Of a stretch of DNA of 42,713 nucleotides, positions 28,513-39,244 are shown piece by piece. Source of the DNA: a virus; the IMG/VR virus record IMGVR_UViG_3300045988_116821. One strand, written 5' to 3'. The position numbers and the translations under genes were made by a program. Below the pieces are notes generated by a model. That model was given only the letters and a program-made list of their open reading frames with translations. It was not told where the DNA came from and did not search any database. The stretch's first letter is position 1; every line of letters starts with the position of its first letter.

Positions 28513-31500
28513 CTAAAATGTGATTTTTATACTTGCCATGATAGCGCAAGTATCATTATTCACAATGTTCTTAATATCAGTGTCAGTAAAACCATTACTA
28601 TCAATTCCCATTTTAGCTCTAACGTTTAATCCGTTACGCCCTCCTATAACCGCAGCTGTATACGATGCCGGTTTTATAGGTTTTGAAGCAGTCGAGTTAT
28701 ATATATACTTTCCATTTTGCCGAATCGTGAGTCCATTTATACTTGATATCGAAACTTTGGTGGACATAATTGGTCGGGAAAATGGAATAAGAAAAATGAC
28801 TTCCTGTTTATTTGATGTAACATATCCATTTACATAAAACTCCATATTTATTACGTCGTCAGCGCGATAATATGGTCTTAATGTACCGCTAAACTTACTG
28901 CCGTCGGGACGATCCAGTGTATATTCGCCGAATTTAATAATAAAATCACCTGGCGTTATTATTCCGTTTCTAATAAATGCATAGCCATCATCAACTGCGA
29001 ACCAGGGATAATAATCAACAGCACCTGTATTACTTCCAACCACAAGCGGGCAATCTGAATAAGTATATTGCATATTACTGCTTAATGGGTATCCTATTCG
29101 TACTCGTTCGCCAAATTCGGCCTTATTTCCGATTTGAATTCCATTTTTAGTCGGTTTCATATATATATTCCCAAACTTCAAGCTGCTCTCAATCTCACCG
29201 GAGTTGATATGGAATACCTTTCCTGTGATCCAGGCAGTTGCGTCGGAATCGGGGGTTATGGCGGTTTCGCTGGTGCCTTTGAACTGGATGGAATCATTGG
29301 TGATCTTCAATTTGTTTTTGGAATTGGAATGACCAAGTAAAATATTGCCACTTTCAAGAGTGATATATTTCTGATAAGTTCCAACTTCGGCGCCGTCAAC
29401 CATTGTGGCTGTTTTCCATTTAAACGCCCAATCGTTGTATGTTTTTACAAATTCAGAACTTATATCCACGTCTTTTTTCAGACCAGAGGCTAACGTGTAA
29501 GCATCTTCTGCCGTAGTTCGATATGCCAGTGACTGCTCAACACCATTCGTTGGCTTTGTGTCTTGTTTTGTAAAATTTGGATTCCATCCGCTGTAAATAC
29601 CAGATATGGTGTAATTTCCATTCCAGTATGTCCATGGAAGATATGTCCAAATTTCACACACATTCGATGCAGTTGCTCGTACACTAACCAGAAGGTCTTT
29701 AGTGTTCTGTCGTGTAACGCTTGCTCCAAATGCCGCCGTCGTACTTGCTTTGTCCTGCCACCCATCTTTTATGATGATCTCGGCTTGAGAATTTTGGCTT
29801 TCTGTCCCGTTGAAACCGTTTCCGGTCTGAAGAGTAATAACGACAACTGAAGCATCGCCGGCGGACGTGAGTGTCCCAAGTCGAACCCATTGCGCTTTGT
29901 TGTTTGCCCCGCCAAAAGAATAGCTCTTTGTCGCAATCTTGTTTAAAGCTTTTACTGAAGAATTGGCATTATCTGCTGATTTTTGGGCTGTGTCGATTTT
30001 ATTATCCACATCTTCAGGTGCAGGCGTCCAGTCTGTCGGAACGGTTCCGAACTCGCCTTTCACGTTTCGAATCTTGAATTTAATCGGAGATTTTGCGTCT
30101 GTAGTAATGATACCCCAGTTCGATGAAGCGTCAAATATATCATACAAAACATCTGTTCTGGGCGTGTACGAGAACCATACTCTTTGCCATTTATTGGCTA
30201 CCAACGAATGATCTGAAGATTTACGCAAGGACTGGTTATCATTGTCATTACCGGTCCCACTCGGCATTCCGTCGAAACCGTTATTTACGTCAGCATTCCA
30301 AATGCAGGCAACTTCAGGATTTACTTCCAGACTGATTATATATGTGTATCCTCGTGGAATGTAGATTTTCTTTACGCCAGTGTCGAAATAAATTCCTCGA
30401 CCCCATGAATTGGAACCAATCGGAGCCACACAAGTCCAGGTGTTTGATGCTTTATCATAAGAAAATGTTGATAATCCATTACAGTTTTTGATCATCCCTA
30501 CGGGAATTAAGTTTCTTCCACCGATTTTTATATTACCAATCATACTCTCAGCATCTTCTGGAGCTGGAGACCAATCCGTAGCAATGTTACCTTCTTCAAG
30601 TTTCAATCCGTATATTAAAAAGGCCGTATCCGTATCGCATTCAAATCGACATGTGGATATCGTTGCGTTTCCGCTATTGAAAGTTACTGAAACTCTTTTG
30701 TAATCGGTAGTGCCTACTTGAGAGTTTAGTATGCTGCCTGTCTGTGGAGAAGCACTATCATAGAAACGAAGGGTGCTTGTTTTCGTGGAATCTTCCCATT
30801 TTATGTAAGCAGACAACGTATAATACGTGTTGGGTTTAATAGTAACTCTTTGGCTAGCATCGACCCATGCCTTAGCTATTCGTTGAACACCAAATCCGTT
30901 CACTGTAGTATGCGGGACATCTACATGACATCGGAGACCTTCGTTATTATCAACCCAGAATGTATCATTTAGAGCATCATATTCTTTTGTTTTTTTCCAA
31001 AGATTTCTTCCGCCAACTTTCAGATTGTCAATTTTATTATTCGCACTATCAGCAGTACTTTTGGCAGCATTTGCCGTGGACGCTGCATTGGACGCGGTTG
31101 ATTTTGCTGTGTTTGCTGTACTATTTGCAGTATTTGCTGTGGACACGGCATTACTTGCGTTCGTATTCGCGGTAGATACTTTGCTGTCTACATCCTCTGG
31201 AGCTGGTGTCCAGGTAGTCGCCTGGGTTCCTTCTTCAATTTTGAAGTCTCGAATATATAGAATCTCGCCAACTTTGAAACCTAGATAGAATGTAAACGAA
31301 TAATACTCGGCATCTGTATATACCCAAGTATGCGAGAATTTCTTCCACGATGTAGTAAGTGAAATGTTCGTCTGTCCGCCGCTTTCGTGTCCGACAGAGC
31401 CTGATTTAGCAACGCTACATTTAGCCCAGAAAGACCAGGTGTACGTTTTACCAATCTTGTCAGCTGTTTTCTGGAATATCGGATAATGTGGACCAGCGCC

Positions 31501-34494
31501 TGCGGTCGTGCATTTTGTTTCGACGTGATATTTGCTAAGAGCTTCCGAATCAGAAACTACAGCAAACGTGCAGAGATATCCTCCTGCGCCGTAAAATTTA
31601 TCATCCAGTTTATGTGAATTAAGAACCAGGTTTCTTCCACCAACTGAAAGGTTATTTACTTTGCTTACTGCACTTACTGCGTTGGCGTTTGCGTTATTGA
31701 TTGCGTTTGCCAAGACAGGATTTGTTGTGGTTGTGTTTCCATTGCTGAATGTGATGTATGATCTTGTCCAGATATATTTTCCGGACTCCCAGTTGGGCTG
31801 AGTATCGGACCATGAACCACCGGCCTGAGCAGTATTTGATGTTGATTTATACCACTGATCTTTGATGGTGGTAACGCTCACGCCCTGAGGACCAGTAGAT
31901 CCAGGGTTTCCCTGTGGTCCTTGAGCACCTGTCTCTCCTTTAGGTCCAGTTGGTCCCTGAGGTCCAGTAGCTCCTTTGTCGCCTTTGGGTCCCTGAGCGC
32001 CCGTGTTTCCATATACAGCCAGTAATAACACTGTCGTCTGATTCGTGTTATTCGTATAGTTGATTACTTCTTTCTGCCATAAGTACTTATTCGTAGCGTC
32101 AAGAGTGGGCATCGTAGTCGATGTGATGTTTCCTGCACTGGGCGCTGTCTGAGATGTTGTCCTGGCATAGTAATAAGTTATCGACTTGATACCGTTACCG
32201 GCAGCACCCTGAGCTCCGGTATTTCCGGTTTCCCCTTTGTCACCCTTGATCAGCGACCAAGAATAGTCTGAGTAAGATGTGCTTTCAGTTCCTGTTGTTT
32301 TATTATACGCAAAACCAATATACTTCTTGCCGCTTGGATTATCGGACATACCAGAAGTAGGTGAATCAGCATATTTGACCCATGTATAATATGTTTTGCC
32401 ATCAGCGCCTTTCACTCCTTGGATGCCCTGTGGTCCCTGAGGTCCGGTAGCACCTTGTGGACCCTGAGCACCAGTTTCACCTTTGGGTCCGGCGGCACCT
32501 TGTGGACCACGAGCGCCCTGAGCACCCTGAGCCCCGGTATTACCTGTTATACATACTCCGTTTTCAGAAGGCGTGAATTCAGTACGATCATCTCCGTAGG
32601 TTACGAAATTTCGTCTCCAAATATACTTGCCTTCTGTCCATGCGGGCTGGTTATTACTCCATGAACCACCAACTAAGGATGTTGGGGATGTGGATAAATA
32701 GAATTGTTCGAGTGTTGATTTGATTGTGTTATCTACTGTGGCTGCTTCTTTTGAACCAATCCGGAAATTGCTGACATTGATGTCCAACATATCCGTCACT
32801 GGATTAAATTCCAACGATGAATTTTTGCCTTTAAGTTTAAATACACCATCAGCATACATCTGAATTGGCGATTCTTTCTTACTTGTAAGAGCTCCGTCGC
32901 CAAGTCCAAGACCGGTGGTGGAAATATAAACACCGCTTGTTGGATCATTAATAGCCAGCTTGCCACTATAGATGGCATTTTGACTCATATCAAACTGAGC
33001 AATCTTAGCCTGGAATGCAGACAGGTCAACGACATCTATAGAAGCGGCCTGGATCTTCTGACCATTCACTTCTGCCTCAGATACGCCATTTGCGATGTTG
33101 ATTGCTTTGACAATAGAGTCCTGACCATCCGGACCGGTGATGATAAGGCGCTCTGTCTTAATCGTACCGGCTACAATAGAATCTGCATTGATAGACTTGA
33201 TCTTCGCTGCTTCAATCGTCGCATCAGCAATCTTAGCGTTCGTTACAGCGCCTTCATGGATTGCTGCTGAGCCAATGGACCCGTCCTTTAGGACGCCTTT
33301 TTCAATCCAAGCGTTATTTACATTTGCGAGATCGATATTTGCTTTTTTAGCATTAATTTCCTCAGCATTTTCTTTAACTACATCCAGTTCCTTAATAGAT
33401 GCATACGTGATTTTTGCAGTCTCCACATCCAGTTTGTTAATCATCGCTCTGTCAATCATTACCAACTGTGCGTAATACCGTTCCATTTCTTTTGTCTGTG
33501 GGCCTTTATAATCTGCATTGGTTTCTTCTTCTGACAGGCCGACAGCTTCAACTGAATATGTAAGACCGCCATCGTATTCCCAATCCAGTTTCATGATAGG
33601 AACCTTATATGTGTTTCCAGACAGATCTGCTACGGTCAGGATATCCCAAGGATCCAGTCGGGGATCTCCCATCATTTTCAATGTACCTGGCATATAGGAG
33701 AAATTTTTGAAAGATGCCAGGATATTATTGAGGACTGTTTGTGTCATGAACGGATTGGAAAAAGACACGGACCTCGCTCCGGATCCTGAAAAGATTGATA
33801 TGCTTTTTCCATTTTTATCTTGTCCCGTAAAACATACAAATTTTGAAACATCAAAAGCATAATCATTATGTTCAAAATTTCCCCAGTACCGGCTCGTCTT
33901 TACCTTATAATCTGAATCCACATAGGTATGCAGCTCGATCTGACCTCTACGGTTACAAACAGCAAACGCGCCATGAAGCTGCGCCACATAAGAAAGGACT
34001 TCCCTGCAGCTATATCCTTTCGGCACTTTTATGGATATCGCAGTTAATCCGGATGTCACTACAGGAACACCTGTGATATCCGCAATCTGCTTTAGTACTG
34101 CCACTGTATTTGTGGTTGTGCCATCCATGGAAAATGTCCGCTCTGTGTTCATCATACGGTCGTAAGCCGTGAACGTGATCTGATCATCCGCTTTTTGGGG
34201 CTTTCCTGCTGTAAAATATCCCATGGGGATATATTCTGTTTTTCCGTTCACGTCCATACCAATCTGAAGGAGCATTTCTGTTCCTTCAACTACCAGTCCT
34301 TTGCCAGGAATTGTCACTTCTATGTACTGTGACATGGTAGAACCCAGAGAAAAATCGTCTTCTCCTTCAGAACCTCCGGTGAATTTGATACTTCGTACGG
34401 TTGTGATGGATGTTTCTCCATAGGTGAGTAAACATTTAAATGTTCTGGAATCCTGCTGTACCAAGGTTCCAAATGCAGTTGTTGACTGATACAC
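28513..34494 (-). CDS. Giant tail fibre / receptor-binding protein (1993 aa)
   Basis: GTG start with SD GGAGG; tail-tip-like N-terminus, collagen G-X-Y tracts, three modules bounded by GGRNL and W(T/S)PAPED. Confidence 0.85.
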   Translation of the reverse strand: MYQSTTAFGTLVQQDSRTFKCLLTYGETSITTVRSIKFTGGSEGEDDFSLGSTMSQYIEVTIPGKGLVVEGTEMLLQIGMDVNGKTEYIPMGYFTAGKPQKADDQITFTAYDRMMNTERTFSMDGTTTNTVAVLKQIADITGVPVVTSGLTAISIKVPKGYSCREVLSYVAQLHGAFAVCNRRGQIELHTYVDSDYKVKTSRYWGNFEHNDYAFDVSKFVCFTGQDKNGKSISIFSGSGARSVSFSNPFMTQTVLNNILASFKNFSYMPGTLKMMGDPRLDPWDILTVADLSGNTYKVPIMKLDWEYDGGLTYSVEAVGLSEEETNADYKGPQTKEMERYYAQLVMIDRAMINKLDVETAKITYASIKELDVVKENAEEINAKKANIDLANVNNAWIEKGVLKDGSIGSAAIHEGAVTNAKIADATIEAAKIKSINADSIVAGTIKTERLIITGPDGQDSIVKAINIANGVSEAEVNGQKIQAASIDVVDLSAFQAKIAQFDMSQNAIYSGKLAINDPTSGVYISTTGLGLGDGALTSKKESPIQMYADGVFKLKGKNSSLEFNPVTDMLDINVSNFRIGSKEAATVDNTIKSTLEQFYLSTSPTSLVGGSWSNNQPAWTEGKYIWRRNFVTYGDDRTEFTPSENGVCITGNTGAQGAQGARGPQGAAGPKGETGAQGPQGATGPQGPQGIQGVKGADGKTYYTWVKYADSPTSGMSDNPSGKKYIGFAYNKTTGTESTSYSDYSWSLIKGDKGETGNTGAQGAAGNGIKSITYYYARTTSQTAPSAGNITSTTMPTLDATNKYLWQKEVINYTNNTNQTTVLLLAVYGNTGAQGPKGDKGATGPQGPTGPKGETGAQGPQGNPGSTGPQGVSVTTIKDQWYKSTSNTAQAGGSWSDTQPNWESGKYIWTRSYITFSNGNTTTTNPVLANAINNANANAVSAVSKVNNLSVGGRNLVLNSHKLDDKFYGAGGYLCTFAVVSDSEALSKYHVETKCTTAGAGPHYPIFQKTADKIGKTYTWSFWAKCSVAKSGSVGHESGGQTNISLTTSWKKFSHTWVYTDAEYYSFTFYLGFKVGEILYIRDFKIEEGTQATTWTPAPEDVDSKVSTANTNASNAVSTANTANSTANTAKSTASNAASTANAAKSTADSANNKIDNLKVGGRNLWKKTKEYDALNDTFWVDNNEGLRCHVDVPHTTVNGFGVQRIAKAWVDASQRVTIKPNTYYTLSAYIKWEDSTKTSTLRFYDSASPQTGSILNSQVGTTDYKRVSVTFNSGNATISTCRFECDTDTAFLIYGLKLEEGNIATDWSPAPEDAESMIGNIKIGGRNLIPVGMIKNCNGLSTFSYDKASNTWTCVAPIGSNSWGRGIYFDTGVKKIYIPRGYTYIISLEVNPEVACIWNADVNNGFDGMPSGTGNDNDNQSLRKSSDHSLVANKWQRVWFSYTPRTDVLYDIFDASSNWGIITTDAKSPIKFKIRNVKGEFGTVPTDWTPAPEDVDNKIDTAQKSADNANSSVKALNKIATKSYSFGGANNKAQWVRLGTLTSAGDASVVVITLQTGNGFNGTESQNSQAEIIIKDGWQDKASTTAAFGASVTRQNTKDLLVSVRATASNVCEIWTYLPWTYWNGNYTISGIYSGWNPNFTKQDTKPTNGVEQSLAYRTTAEDAYTLASGLKKDVDISSEFVKTYNDWAFKWKTATMVDGAEVGTYQKYITLESGNILLGHSNSKNKLKITNDSIQFKGTSETAITPDSDATAWITGKVFHINSGEIESSLKFGNIYMKPTKNGIQIGNKAEFGERVRIGYPLSSNMQYTYSDCPLVVGSNTGAVDYYPWFAVDDGYAFIRNGIITPGDFIIKFGEYTLDRPDGSKFSGTLRPYYRADDVINMEFYVNGYVTSNKQEVIFLIPFSRPIMSTKVSISSINGLTIRQNGKYIYNSTASKPIKPASYTAAVIGGRNGLNVRAKMGIDSNGFTDTDIKNIVNNDTCAIMASIKITF
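31880..32546 (-). repeat. Three collagen-like G-X-Y tracts inside the tail fibre gene
   Basis: GNTGAQGAQGARGPQGAAGPKGETGAQGPQGATGPQGPQGIQGVKG; GDKGETGNTGAQGAAGNG; GNTGAQGPKGDKGATGPQGPTGPKGETGAQGPQGNPGSTGPQG. Confidence 0.9.
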
Positions 34495-34506
34495 AGGACC
34501 GCCTCC

Positions 34507-34899
34507 TTACTCTGCCAGCATGAAATCAATGACATCCAGTTCAGCCATAGTCAGTGAATCATATTTCGGATCTTCGTCACATTTCTCGACTACTGAGATG
34601 GAAACAGTATGAATCTCCACCTCGGTCTCAATATTCAGAAGTTCACTCATATCCTTCCCAAATCTTTCTTTGTCTTCCATGATATAGCAGTCGTCTTCCG
34701 TCATGATCTCACCATTTTCATCTTTCTTGGCGTATCTGCGGATCAATTCTTCCCGTTCCGCAGTGTAAGCTGACGCAGCCTCCTGGACTGCTACCACGTT
34801 CTTCTTGATCGCATACGCCAGACGGACTGGCAAGCTCTTTTTTTTCATAGATACGCAAGTATTTAAAAAGTCTACAATTTCTTTGTTTTGCATTTTCAT
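34507..34899 (-). CDS. Tail-associated hypothetical protein (130 aa)
   Basis: Position between the small tail protein and the fibre; no motif recognised. Confidence 0.6.
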   Translation of the reverse strand: MKMQNKEIVDFLNTCVSMKKKSLPVRLAYAIKKNVVAVQEAASAYTAEREELIRRYAKKDENGEIMTEDDCYIMEDKERFGKDMSELLNIETEVEIHTVSISVVEKCDEDPKYDSLTMAELDVIDFMLAE

Positions 34900-34912
34900 T
34901 GTTCTGTTCTCC

Positions 34913-35278
34913 TTATTTTCCGATCAGTGTCGCCCCTACTCCTTTGTATGTTTTCACACCGTCCACATAACTGTATACCGGATAGGATGGTGTGTTTGAG
35001 TAGCATCTCTTTGTTATCCGGGAATTGCTTCCAGGATCCGTAAATGTCACATTAAAGAAAGCAGGGCTGATTGCTGCATCAATCTTGGCAGTATCCGCTC
35101 TGCTTAACATGGGCCATGTAATTTCCAACGTATATTTAATAGCAATAAGATCGCCTACCATATCACCATTCGCTACACGCCCTGTATTATTTGACCAGAT
35201 TTTTTCCTTTTTTATTGTCAAACCCGAAAGGGCCGGAGTCGGCATCGTAACTCCGTCAATAATGATATCATCTGTCAC
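34913..35278 (-). CDS. Small distal-tail-type protein (121 aa)
   Basis: Immediately downstream of the tape measure gene. Confidence 0.55.
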   Translation of the reverse strand: MTDDIIIDGVTMPTPALSGLTIKKEKIWSNNTGRVANGDMVGDLIAIKYTLEITWPMLSRADTAKIDAAISPAFFNVTFTDPGSNSRITKRCYSNTPSYPVYSYVDGVKTYKGVGATLIGK

Positions 35279-35290
35279 TTTACCGCCTCC

Positions 35291-38200
35291 TTATCCAAAT
35301 ACCGGATTTCCGGTCTGTTTCTGATAGTTGTTTCCTTCCTGGCGGATCACCTTAAACAATTTCTTTGCATCGCCTTCCAGATAGATGTGGAGTTCCCGTC
35401 CACGATCATTTCTGCCCTGCATGCTTTCAAAAGCATTCACAACTGCTTCAAATACACCTGCCCGGATTCCGGCAATGATCTGATTATTGTTTGCCACCGC
35501 AGAATGGTTTCCCATTCTTCCGACAAGCTCCGGTCCGGACTCTCTTGCCACGAACATTTCTCCCATACCAGGGAATCCGCCATTTGCGTACCAGCTCAGA
35601 TTGAAACGTGGCAATGAAAATTTGAAGTTACCGATTTTTATAGATCCACCTTCCCAATCCCAGCCGATATGTGGCATAGGGATATGGATGCTTGAAAATC
35701 CATTTGCAAAAGTCTGAATAACATTCTGGCCAACTGTGTATAAGCTTGGAATTGCGTTTGCCACCTTGCCTGGTATATTACTTAATATTCCAGACAGAGA
35801 GCTCCAGTTATTATTCAGGCCGGTTCTCATTCCGCTTATGATATCCCTGCCTTTCGGCGTTACTTTGCTTTTGATATCTCCGATAGCGTTGAAAGATTGA
35901 GAACCGATTTTCTTTACTCTGCTCAGGAATGTTGATTCCCTTACAGCTTCCCAGCCATTTTTCAGACCGGTGATCGCAGCATTTCCTTTCCCACGTAGCC
36001 ATGTTTTGGCATTTCCAAGTCTCTCTTTTGTCTGCCCTGGGAGTTTAGCAATCCAAGACAGTACAGCTGGCAATCCTGCTTTCATACCATTGAACAGGCC
36101 AGATATAACATATCCGCCCTGCGTACGCATGACTGTTGATGGTGAATGGATTCCGAAAGCTTTTTTGAATCCGTTTATGAATGGTTTAAAAATGTGTGCC
36201 TTGATCCAGGTTCCTATATCTTTAAATGACTGCACAACACCATTTTTAAAGCCTTCCCAGGTGAATTTTCCAGCTTCTGTGAAATGCTTTATAATATACT
36301 TCCTTGCATCTGCAACTGCATTTTTAAAGATACCGCCAATAAATGCGGCAAAACCTCCAAATGCAGCTCCAATCGTTTCAAAAACTCTGTCAGCAATTCC
36401 GCTCCAGTCAATGTTTACCATCAGATCTTTTGCTTTGTTATAGATGGTGTCCCCCATGGACCACCAATCCATGTGTTCAATCGCTGAGATTGCAAAATCA
36501 AAAAAGCCTTTTATCCCATCGGATAAGGTCTGTCCTATTTTTCCTGTATCAATGGTTTTGACCGTGTTGGTTACAAGATCAGCCAGTGCAGTGCCCAAGC
36601 CTCTCCAGTTAAAGTTATGAACCGTGGTATAAAGTGCTTCCAGTCGTGTGTTAAAGCACTCTCCAACTGTTTTTCCAACTACACTCCAATTGGTTGTCGC
36701 AATCGCTGTATTCAGTGTGCTTACCAGACCAAAGACGGTATCATGTACGGTTCCTTTGATCAGATTCCAGTCAAGGCCTTCAAGAGCACCATTGATCCCA
36801 TCTCCGATAGCTTTCCCAAGACTGTTCCAGTGGAAATTCTTTGCAAAGGTATCTACAAATCCAAAGGCTGTGTTCAGTCCCTTAGAGAATGTATTACCAA
36901 CTAATTTCCAATCCGCAGCTTCAATAAAGCCATTCAGAAAAGTGGCAATGCTTTTTGCAATCTTGTTACAGGTATTCTGGATTTTACCCCACGGAATACG
37001 TTCCAGTGCTTCGTTGAGCTTATTGCCGACCATGGCACCAAGTTCTGTAAAATCGCCGGACTTCCAAGAATCTTTAATCAGTTTTGCGAGATCTTTGAAA
37101 CGGCTCTTGATGGCCGTTGTCTGGAACATATCATTAACACCACCAAGCGGTGATGTATCCGTTCCACTTCCTGTTCCTCCTGATCCGGAGCTGTCTGAAT
37201 CATCGTTCAGCTTGTTGATCTGGTCGAATCCCAGAAGAGTGCGCTGATATTGTTTTGCCGCTTTTGATGCCGTATCCGCGTTCTTTGCATTATTCTTCAG
37301 ACCCGTTGAGGTACTGTTAAGACTTGCAGCATAATCCTGATTGACTTTTTTGGCCGTGACCATGGTGGTTTTGCCTGTGAGGGCTCCCATCAGCTGGCCT
37401 ATGGAATTTACCACGTTGATAACCGTCTGAATGAAACTGTTCAGAATTGGTGCTACAACATTCAGGATTGGTGCAAAGGCTGTGGCCAGTGAATTTTTGA
37501 GCTGTGTCAGAGAAGACATCAGCAGAGAAAGACTTCTGTTTGTTTCTCCACTGTACTGTGCAAGGTTCTGAAATCCCTGCTTTGCGCCATCTACAGCTCC
37601 ACGGATCACAAAACTTGCAAACATAAATTTTGCAGTCATTCCGATCGTCTTCAGTATACCTGTCAAGCCTCGTCCGGATGTTCCCAGACCATTGAACGAA
37701 GATTTTGTCCTGTTAAGAAACGGGATTCCGGATGTGAACTTCTGGATCAGTGCAGCATAAGCACCGGAGCATTTCCGGATCACACCGGTGAAGGAAGATG
37801 CAACGTTTCCAACACCTCCCAGAAGCTTTGTAAAGCCTCCCCACCCCTTCGAAACAGTTGCTCCTATTCCTTTGAAAATTCCTGTCCCAAAGTTCAATGC
37901 CTGTTTCGGAAGAGATACCGGCCGCTTTACATCTGTATTTGAGGATTCCATCTGTCTGGCCTTTGTTTTATACTCCTCTACAGCTATTTTCGCTTGATCA
38001 ATGTCATATGTAAGGCTTTTCCATTCCTGACTTTCTTTTGATACGCCCAAAGCTTGGAGCTTATTCTTTTTTTCGCGATAAGCATCAAGTTCTTTATTTA
38101 CTTTCAAAATGTCTTTTTGTATTTTTTGATATTCTTCTGTTGGCACCTGCTGAGTTGATTTTCCTGATTTTTCTAACGATTTCATTTTTTCTTCATACTC

Positions 38201-38851
38201 AAACAGCTTCCCGCGAGCTTGTTCAATATCGTATATAAGGCTTCTCCATTGCTTGCTTTCTTTCTTAACGCCCATCGCCTCAAGCTTTTCACCTTTTTTT
38301 TCATATTTTTCTATTTCTTCGTTTAAACTTTTAACAGAATTTCTGATTTCACGATATTCGTCTGTAGGGGTTTGTTTAAAAGCAGTTCCTGACGTTTCCA
38401 TTTTGGCTGCAGCATCTTTGTATTCACTGAGTTTTTTTTCAGCTCGAGTAATATCAACTACAAGGCTTTTCCATTGCTGGTTCTCTTTAGATTTACCCGT
38501 GTTTTCAAATTTGTGCTGTTTTTCTTGTAGTTTTTCCAATGATTGCTGTGCTTTTGATAAATTTTTCTGCAATTCTGCATACTCTTCCGTTGGAACTTTG
38601 ATGCCTGCCTTGATCTGGAAATTTTTCACAGGATTCCTGCTGAGCATTTCCCTGATCTTATTCAGAGTATTCCTTACCGGCTGCAGCGCCTTGCTTTCCA
38701 TTCCCTTGAACGGATTCTTTACTTTCTCAGTTTCCTTCTGGATTTCTTCAACGCTTTTCTTTACTTCCCGCCGGCTGTTTTCCATTCCTTTTTTCAATGG
38801 TTCTGTTGTAGCTTCAATTATCACCTGCATCTTATGAAGTGTGTCTCCCAT
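35291..38851 (-). CDS. Tail tape measure protein (1186 aa)
   Basis: Length, coiled-coil N-terminus, Gly/Ala-rich hydrophobic centre, position after the chaperone genes. Confidence 0.9.
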   Translation of the reverse strand: MGDTLHKMQVIIEATTEPLKKGMENSRREVKKSVEEIQKETEKVKNPFKGMESKALQPVRNTLNKIREMLSRNPVKNFQIKAGIKVPTEEYAELQKNLSKAQQSLEKLQEKQHKFENTGKSKENQQWKSLVVDITRAEKKLSEYKDAAAKMETSGTAFKQTPTDEYREIRNSVKSLNEEIEKYEKKGEKLEAMGVKKESKQWRSLIYDIEQARGKLFEYEEKMKSLEKSGKSTQQVPTEEYQKIQKDILKVNKELDAYREKKNKLQALGVSKESQEWKSLTYDIDQAKIAVEEYKTKARQMESSNTDVKRPVSLPKQALNFGTGIFKGIGATVSKGWGGFTKLLGGVGNVASSFTGVIRKCSGAYAALIQKFTSGIPFLNRTKSSFNGLGTSGRGLTGILKTIGMTAKFMFASFVIRGAVDGAKQGFQNLAQYSGETNRSLSLLMSSLTQLKNSLATAFAPILNVVAPILNSFIQTVINVVNSIGQLMGALTGKTTMVTAKKVNQDYAASLNSTSTGLKNNAKNADTASKAAKQYQRTLLGFDQINKLNDDSDSSGSGGTGSGTDTSPLGGVNDMFQTTAIKSRFKDLAKLIKDSWKSGDFTELGAMVGNKLNEALERIPWGKIQNTCNKIAKSIATFLNGFIEAADWKLVGNTFSKGLNTAFGFVDTFAKNFHWNSLGKAIGDGINGALEGLDWNLIKGTVHDTVFGLVSTLNTAIATTNWSVVGKTVGECFNTRLEALYTTVHNFNWRGLGTALADLVTNTVKTIDTGKIGQTLSDGIKGFFDFAISAIEHMDWWSMGDTIYNKAKDLMVNIDWSGIADRVFETIGAAFGGFAAFIGGIFKNAVADARKYIIKHFTEAGKFTWEGFKNGVVQSFKDIGTWIKAHIFKPFINGFKKAFGIHSPSTVMRTQGGYVISGLFNGMKAGLPAVLSWIAKLPGQTKERLGNAKTWLRGKGNAAITGLKNGWEAVRESTFLSRVKKIGSQSFNAIGDIKSKVTPKGRDIISGMRTGLNNNWSSLSGILSNIPGKVANAIPSLYTVGQNVIQTFANGFSSIHIPMPHIGWDWEGGSIKIGNFKFSLPRFNLSWYANGGFPGMGEMFVARESGPELVGRMGNHSAVANNNQIIAGIRAGVFEAVVNAFESMQGRNDRGRELHIYLEGDAKKLFKVIRQEGNNYQKQTGNPVFG
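37916..38593 (-). repeat. Three tandem ~75-aa coiled-coil repeats in the tape measure N-terminus
   Basis: Each unit starts PT(E/D)EY and contains K(E/S)(N/K/Q)QxW(K/R)SL..DI. Confidence 0.85.
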
Positions 38852-38881
38852 GGGCTCACCTCCTCTCTTTTTCTCAACAAA

Positions 38882-39244
38882 TCAATGATTATGTCTATAG
38901 TTCCATTCGGCGTTGTACGCCCTTCTTTTTTCCATGTACTCTTCCCACTGGCGGGCTTCCTCTGCTTCTTCGTATGCCTTCTGTTCTTTTTCAAACAGTT
39001 CCGGATAATAATCCCAGGGATGGGCTATCTTGCCATCTTTAGCAAATAACGCTGAGATATCTACTGCTATGGCCTGGGCCTGGATGAAATTATCCATGAT
39101 CCGCTGCTTTTCTTCTCTGAGCAACCGCCTTCTTATATTTGCCAAAGTATCGAATATCTCATTTACAGAAAGGTTCCAGAATGTTTCCGCCAGGATCCCC
39201 ATCTCAAGAGCTACCGGATACAGCTCCGAGAGCTGTTCTGACAT
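38882..39244 (-). CDS. Tail assembly protein (Gp15-like position)
   Basis: 120 aa, TGATG overlap with the upstream gene, directly before the tape measure. Confidence 0.55.
   Translation of the reverse strand: MSEQLSELYPVALEMGILAETFWNLSVNEIFDTLANIRRRLLREEKQRIMDNFIQAQAIAVDISALFAKDGKIAHPWDYYPELFEKEQKAYEEAEEARQWEEYMEKRRAYNAEWNYRHNH

Noticed and set aside
31030-32546. Repetitive DNA (G-X-Y codon repeats, STANTA repeats) considered as a CRISPR array or a DGR variable/template repeat
   Set aside because: The repeats are in frame within one long ORF. They have no uniform repeat-spacer periodicity. No reverse transcriptase gene or second near-identical template copy exists in the genome.
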